Positions 59,214 through 64,000 of a stretch of 64,000 nucleotides of DNA are shown in pieces. The notes under the pieces are model-generated. The model saw only the letters and a program-made list of their open reading frames with translations, had not been told where the DNA came from and did no database searches. Where the stretch lies: positions 1,058,170 to 1,122,169 of the forward strand of contig CAWGVW010000002.1 in the NCBI GenBank assembly GCA_963826145.1, written 5' to 3'. The translations under genes were made by a program, and so were the position numbers. This DNA comes from an uncultured Gammaproteobacteria bacterium (GTDB lineage Bacteria; Pseudomonadota; Gammaproteobacteria; Steroidobacterales; Steroidobacteraceae). How positions within the stretch are numbered: the stretch's first letter is position 1; every line of letters begins with the position of its first letter.

Positions 59214-59984
59214 CTAGGCGTCAATAAATACGCGTCGGCTGCCGGAGTGAAGCTCGGCGATTGGCGTCCGATAAACACGGGTCAGGCTGGCGGCACTGAC
59301 CACACTACGCGTCGACCCGAATTGCCAGGTGCCGGCGCCCTCGAGCAGCAGTACCTCGTCGGCGAATCGTTCGGCCTGGTTTGCATCGTGCAGGGTCGCG
59401 ATCACGCAGGCCCCGGCATCGACACGCCGCCGGAAGAGCCTCAACGTGTCGACAGCGTGGTGCGGATCGAGATGATTCGTGGGTTCGTCCAGCAGGTATA
59501 CGGCGGGTGCCTGCACGAGAACGGTGGCGATTGCCAGCCGGCGGCGCTCGCCGCCCGAAAGAGTCGCCACCTCCCGCGAATCGAAATGCGCGAGGTCCAC
59601 GTCCGCAAGCGCGCGCTGCGCGATCTCCACGTCCGTTCGCGACTCCCAGTCCCAAAGCCCAAGGTGCGGATGGCGGCCGACGAGCGCAGTCTCCAGCACA
59701 GTCGACGGGAACGGATCCTCGTCGGACTGTGCCAGCAGGGCGAGCCGCCGGGCGCGAGCGCGCCGCGGCCATTCGTAGATCGAACGCTTCTCGAGCAGTA
59801 CAGTGCCATTCGCCGCAGCCCTGAGGCCCGCGAGCGAATGCAATGTCAGCGTCTTGCCAACGCCGTTCTCGCCGAGGATGGCGATGAAGCTGCCCGGTCG
59901 CGCCGCCATGGTCAGTTTGCCGACCAGCGTCCGTCCGGCCACGTCGACGTCGAGTTCCCTGCATTCGAGCGCGGTGTCCGTCAT
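59214..59984 (-). CDS. ABC-transporter ATP-binding protein, FecE/BtuD (iron-siderophore/cobalamin) type
   Basis: Walker A GENGVGKT, signature LSGGERRR, Walker B LLDEPTNHLD. No permease gene is adjacent. The ATG overlaps the upstream stop. Confidence 0.85.
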   Translation of the reverse strand: MTDTALECRELDVDVAGRTLVGKLTMAARPGSFIAILGENGVGKTLTLHSLAGLRAAANGTVLLEKRSIYEWPRRARARRLALLAQSDEDPFPSTVLETALVGRHPHLGLWDWESRTDVEIAQRALADVDLAHFDSREVATLSGGERRRLAIATVLVQAPAVYLLDEPTNHLDPHHAVDTLRLFRRRVDAGACVIATLHDANQAERFADEVLLLEGAGTWQFGSTRSVVSAASLTRVYRTPIAELHSGSRRVFIDA

Positions 59985-60808
59985 CAGTAATTCCAGTGGA
60001 TCTCGCGCGCGGACTGCGGCCCGACCACGACATCCTCGAGCGAATCCGGCATGTCCCAGGTGCTTGGCGTCGTCATCATGCGGCCCGCCATGATTTCCGC
60101 GCGCACCTGGGGGATCAGCGGCTTGCGCTCGGGCTCCGCGTAGCCTTCCGGAAATTTCGGTGCATCAGTCTCGGGGTCGTATTTGTCCGACGCGCCGAGT
60201 GTGTGCATCAGCTCGTGTGTAATGACGATGTCGTTCGGCGCCGCCGCCTGACGGGCCGCGAAGGCGTAGACGACGCCCAGCATCCCTTTTTCGAGTCCAA
60301 GTGAATGCGGCACGCTCAGCGTCACCTGCGGATCGTGATACAGGACGAAGACCTGCACATCGGGCGTGGCCTCATCGCGGCCGTGCGTAATCCGCCACGC
60401 CCAATAGCGGAGCTTCAAACTCCACCACATCGACGCGAGCGGGCCAGCCCCTGCAGCGAGTTCCGGCGGCCGTTCGGCGATCGGCGCGTAGAGATGGGTT
60501 TCAACCGGATGCGCCAGGTTGGCCGAATACTTCGCGGACTCGTGCACGAAGAACGCATCGATCGGTGCGAACGCGGCGCTGTCGAGGGCCGCGATGTAAC
60601 GCTCGCTCGCCTCACTTCCATCGGCGTTGATCGGATAGATCGCGACCCACAATGGCCGTTGCCAGCTCGCGGTGCGTGCCTTGGTAAGCCACGCGCTCAT
60701 CCCGGCAAGTACCAGTATGAAACCGAGCAAGATGAGGCGCAGTGCGCGCCATGGAAACCCGCGGCGTTCGACCGGCAGCGCGGCCTTTCTCCGGTGACGC
60801 ACGATCAC
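59984..60808 (-). CDS. Membrane-anchored HExxH (zinc-metallopeptidase-like) protein of unknown function
   Basis: GTG at 60808 overlaps the CPXCG gene stop (GTGA). One TM helix (LRLILLGFILVLAGM). ITHELMHTLGASDKYD. Confidence 0.6.
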   Translation of the reverse strand: MIVRHRRKAALPVERRGFPWRALRLILLGFILVLAGMSAWLTKARTASWQRPLWVAIYPINADGSEASERYIAALDSAAFAPIDAFFVHESAKYSANLAHPVETHLYAPIAERPPELAAGAGPLASMWWSLKLRYWAWRITHGRDEATPDVQVFVLYHDPQVTLSVPHSLGLEKGMLGVVYAFAARQAAAPNDIVITHELMHTLGASDKYDPETDAPKFPEGYAEPERKPLIPQVRAEIMAGRMMTTPSTWDMPDSLEDVVVGPQSAREIHWNY

Positions 60809-60996
60809 TCGGCGCTTTCGACGCTGATGGCAGCAAGTTCGCCGTCGACGACGGTGTAGGTCACGGTCATCGGGCGGCAGCACACGGGGCAGTCCTCGAT
60901 GTAGCTCTGCTCATCGACGGACAGGTCGATCTCGAGCGGTACCGTCTCCCAGCAACAGGGGCACTCGACATCCTGCTCGGTCAGGAATCCACGCAT
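60805..60996 (-). CDS. CPXCG-motif cysteine-rich small protein
   Basis: 63 aa: VECPCCWE...DCPVCCRPM. Confidence 0.7.
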   Translation of the reverse strand: MRGFLTEQDVECPCCWETVPLEIDLSVDEQSYIEDCPVCCRPMTVTYTVVDGELAAISVESAE

Positions 60997-61009
60997 GGTT
61001 GCGGGTCAC

Positions 61010-61672
61010 TCAGGGTTGGAGGCGACTATGAATCCATGCGCCGACGGAGAATCCTTCGCTTTGCGGAGCTAGTTCGCGCGTGTACCGAACGCGATCATGG
61101 ATGCGAAATTTGCCTTCCGTCCAGAACTCTACCGCGGCGACCCATAAACGGAATCCGCCCCAATGTGCGGGGCGTGTCATGGAATGGCCGACGACGGCCT
61201 GAGCGCCGAAGCGAGCCGCCATCTTGGCGACTTCGACCACGAGCGCTGCACGCGACGCAATCGGGCGGCTCTGGCGGCTCGCCCAGGCGCCCAATCGGCT
61301 GCCCCAGGGGCGGGTCGCAAAATACCGGTCACTCTCATCCGCCGGCGAACGTACGACGCGCCCTTCGAGGCGCAACTGTCGATGCATGCTGTCCCAGTGA
61401 AAGACGGCCGCCGCGCGTCCGGTCGAGGCAAGGTCGTTGCCCTTGTGGGACTCGTAATTTGTATAGAAGAGGAGATAACCCGGTTCGGCAATCCAGTCCT
61501 TGCACAGCACGACCCGGGCGGAAGGTTGGCCGGCCGCATCGACGGTCGCCAGCACCATGGCATTTGGATTGGGTTGACCGCTCCGCGCGACAGCCGCCGC
61601 CAGCCAATCGGCTATCAGCGTGTGCGGTTCCGCAGGCAGTGGCTCGGGCAGCAGTTCATCCGGCGCGGGCAT
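61010..61672 (-). CDS. pdxH: Pyridoxamine 5'-phosphate oxidase
   Basis: NAMVLATVDAAGQPSARVVLCK...FYTNYESHKG...RIHDRVRYTR...W...RLQP. Confidence 0.92.
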   Translation of the reverse strand: MPAPDELLPEPLPAEPHTLIADWLAAAVARSGQPNPNAMVLATVDAAGQPSARVVLCKDWIAEPGYLLFYTNYESHKGNDLASTGRAAAVFHWDSMHRQLRLEGRVVRSPADESDRYFATRPWGSRLGAWASRQSRPIASRAALVVEVAKMAARFGAQAVVGHSMTRPAHWGGFRLWVAAVEFWTEGKFRIHDRVRYTRELAPQSEGFSVGAWIHSRLQP

Positions 61673-61788
61673 GGCGGCAATAGTACCGGCGGCGCGCGCT
61701 TCGAGACCACTCGCGTATGGCAGGGCGGCTGCACTCTTGCGCGAGCGGCGCGCGCGCCTCTAAATAGAGGCGCCCAACACTTCAGGTT

Positions 61789-62913
61789 GTGTCCATGAAT
61801 CTTGCGGAACTCAGAACCCGGTTGAACGACATCGATCGCCGCCTCATCGAGCTCGTGGCCGAGAGACAAGGCCTAGCCACGCGGATTGCGGAGGTGAAAC
61901 GCGCTACCGGCTACCCGACGCGGGACTATCAGCGTGAAAAGGAGGTGCTGCTTGCCGCTCGCACGGCGGCGGAGGAGCTTGGTATTTCGCCGGCGACGGC
62001 GGAATCGCTACTGACCATCCTGATCCGTTCGTCGCTGGCGACGCAGGAACAGGCGAAGGTGTCCGCCGAAGGCCATGGGTCAGGGAAATCGGCACTCGTC
62101 ATCGGCGGCAGCGGAAAGATGGGCCGATGGTTCGCGGATTTCATGGCATCGCAGGGCTTTGCGGTCGAGGTAGCCGATCCGCAGCCGACCGCGGGCGGCC
62201 ATCGGTACCGGGCCCGCTGGCAGGATGGGCCGCTCGATCACGATCTCATCGTCGTGGCGACACCGCTTGGCATCACCGATTCCATTCTCAAGGGTCTCGC
62301 GGAGCGTCGCCCGCCCGGCGTCGTGTTTGACATTGGCTCGCTCAAGTCGCCTCTGCGCTCGGGACTTGCACGCCTGATCGGGGCAGGTTGCAACGTCACT
62401 TCGCTGCACCCGATGTTTGGACCGACGACGGAGCTGCTGTCGGCGCGCCACGTGATCTTCATCGATCTCGGCAATTCCACGGCGCTCAATGCGGCGCAGT
62501 CGCTGTTCGCATCGACGATGGCGGAGCGCGTCGTCATGGGTCTCGAGGAACATGACCGGCTGATCTCGTACGTACTCGGACTTTCGCACGCGCTCAACAT
62601 CGCGTTCTTCAGCGCGCTAGCGGCGAGCGGGGAAGCAGCGCCGCGGCTTGCGCAGCTGTCGAGCACGACGTTCGATGCGCAACTGGAGGTCGCGACGCTC
62701 GTCGCCTCGGAGAGTCCCGAGCTCTATTTCGAGATCCAGAGCCTCAATGATTATGGCGTTGCCTCGCTCGACGCTCTGGCGGCGGCGGTCGACCGCCTCA
62801 GGGAAGCCGTGCGCAGCGGAAACGAGACCTCGTTCATTGACATGATGCGCAGGGGCCGCGAGTATCTTGCAGGCCGCACGGCGGGTCGCCAGCCTGCGGC
62901 ATCAGGGACTTAG
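61789..62913 (+). CDS. tyrA: Bifunctional chorismate mutase / prephenate dehydrogenase (T-protein)
   Basis: N-terminal chorismate mutase ([20 protein letters not shown]) followed by a Rossmann motif ([12 protein letters not shown]) and LHPMFGP. The start is GTG 61789 or ATG 61795. Confidence 0.88.
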   Translation: MSMNLAELRTRLNDIDRRLIELVAERQGLATRIAEVKRATGYPTRDYQREKEVLLAARTAAEELGISPATAESLLTILIRSSLATQEQAKVSAEGHGSGKSALVIGGSGKMGRWFADFMASQGFAVEVADPQPTAGGHRYRARWQDGPLDHDLIVVATPLGITDSILKGLAERRPPGVVFDIGSLKSPLRSGLARLIGAGCNVTSLHPMFGPTTELLSARHVIFIDLGNSTALNAAQSLFASTMAERVVMGLEEHDRLISYVLGLSHALNIAFFSALAASGEAAPRLAQLSSTTFDAQLEVATLVASESPELYFEIQSLNDYGVASLDALAAAVDRLREAVRSGNETSFIDMMRRGREYLAGRTAGRQPAASGT

Positions 62914-62929
62914 AACGCGGGAGTGCCCA

Positions 62930-64000
62930 GTGCGGAGCGGGATTTTCACTCGGCAGTCGACGCACGCCGCGGCCGAGCGGCGCTCGGCAGAACTCGAAAC
63001 GGAAATCGAGTCGTTGCGCGGCCAGCTGAGCCAATGGGCTCGCCAGGCTGAGGACAACGCTCTCATCCTTGCACGCATGCAGGAACGCGAGCTCGCGCTC
63101 CTGCGGGCGGACACGCTCGCGGAGCTCCTGCGCCAGCTCGTCGATGGCCTCGCGACGTCCTTCGAGATACCCCACGTCACGGTCGCACTCTGGGATCCGC
63201 ACCACGAGATACGGCACCTGCTGATCGGTTCCGGCGAGCGCCTGCAGGACCATCCTTCGGTGTTCTTCGCCGACAACCTCATCGGGCTTGCGCCGCAATT
63301 CAATTCACTCCACCGGCCTTGGCTCGGCGCATATCAGGCGCACGAACATGCAACACTGATGCGCGGCGCGGCGCGCGTCGGGAGCGTTGCGATCATTCCA
63401 CTCGTGCGCCAGGACCGGCTGATCGGCAGCATCAATCTCGGCAGCAGCGACGCCGAGCGCTTCACGCGCCGCCACGCGACGGAGTTTCTCTCGCACCTCG
63501 GCGTGATTGCCGCCCTGTGCGTCGAGAACGCCGTGAACCAGGCGCGACTGATGCGCAGCGGGTTCACGGACTTCCTCACGGGCTGGCATAACAAGCGCTA
63601 CCTGCATACACGGCTCAAGGAGGAACTCGCACGGGCGCAGCGGCGCGGCGGAACGGTGGCGTGCCTGATGGTCGATCTCGATCACTTCAAGAAGGTCAAC
63701 GACACTTACGGCCACCTGGTGGGCGATCAGGTCCTGCGTGAGGTCGCGCAGCGCATCGATGGGGAGATCCGCGACAGCGATGCGGCCGCACGTTTCGGCG
63801 GCGATGAGTTTGCGATCCTGATGCCAGACACCGATGCAGTACAGGCGCAAAAGCTTGCACAGCGAATTCTGCATGCAGTCTGCGCCACCCCGGTCGCCGT
63901 GGCCTCGACCTCGACGCAGTCGATCAAGATAACGCTGTCGATCGGCATTGCGGCTGTGAAGCCACAGCGGTCGGACCAGGACTTGAAAGCGCTCGCAGAC
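62930..64000 (+). CDS. DUF484/GAF-like sensor fused to a GGDEF diguanylate cyclase; 3' end runs off the window
   Basis: The frame is open from GTG 62930 to the window end and is not in the ORF track because it has no stop. GGDEF domain: DLDHFKKVNDTYGHLVGDQVL...RFGGDEFAIL. Confidence 0.8.
   Translation, partial: MRSGIFTRQSTHAAAERRSAELETEIESLRGQLSQWARQAEDNALILARMQERELALLRADTLAELLRQLVDGLATSFEIPHVTVALWDPHHEIRHLLIGSGERLQDHPSVFFADNLIGLAPQFNSLHRPWLGAYQAHEHATLMRGAARVGSVAIIPLVRQDRLIGSINLGSSDAERFTRRHATEFLSHLGVIAALCVENAVNQARLMRSGFTDFLTGWHNKRYLHTRLKEELARAQRRGGTVACLMVDLDHFKKVNDTYGHLVGDQVLREVAQRIDGEIRDSDAAARFGGDEFAILMPDTDAVQAQKLAQRILHAVCATPVAVASTSTQSIKITLSIGIAAVKPQRSDQDLKALAD

Overview
Visibly GC-rich proteobacterial chromosome, and almost entirely core genes. 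I found no integrase, transposase, phage, CRISPR or recognisable defence genes. The central gene order is yggT-proC-yggS / pilT-pilU, then pyrB-ruvX-algH-tonB-like-gshB / pilG-pilH-pilI-pilJ-chpA-chpC. From memory this mirrors Pseudomonas aeruginosa PA0392-PA0415, which suggests a gammaproteobacterium. Other blocks are: heat shock and envelope genes (hsp20, DegP-like, htpG, MltD-like, L,D-transpeptidase); a split B12-dependent ribonucleotide reductase (nrdJa/nrdJb); scattered cobalamin genes (btuF, PduO-type adenosyltransferase, btuB with a clear cobalamin riboswitch, BtuD/FecE-like ATPase); ppnN, bioA, ampD-ampE, pdxH and tyrA; a hybrid sensor kinase; and a partial GGDEF gene. I did not find a convincing new multi-gene system. 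The points most worth a second look are: (1) rsmE is broken by three single-base frame changes within about 85 nt that together restore the frame. (2) Two nested-hairpin, MITE/REP-like intergenic elements share a roughly 40-nt module. (3) A perfect 31-bp inverted repeat sits between two terminators, next to an orphan minus-strand terminator that implies an unannotated RNA. (4) Several tightly or translationally coupled pairs join a known enzyme to an unknown partner: PduO-type ATR + ParB/Srx-like; CPXCG + HExxH membrane protein + orphan ABC ATPase; SnoaL-like lipoprotein + ATP-grasp; ppnN + Cys-containing unknown; pyrB + PyrK-like. All family calls come from motif recognition by eye. No searches or computations were run.
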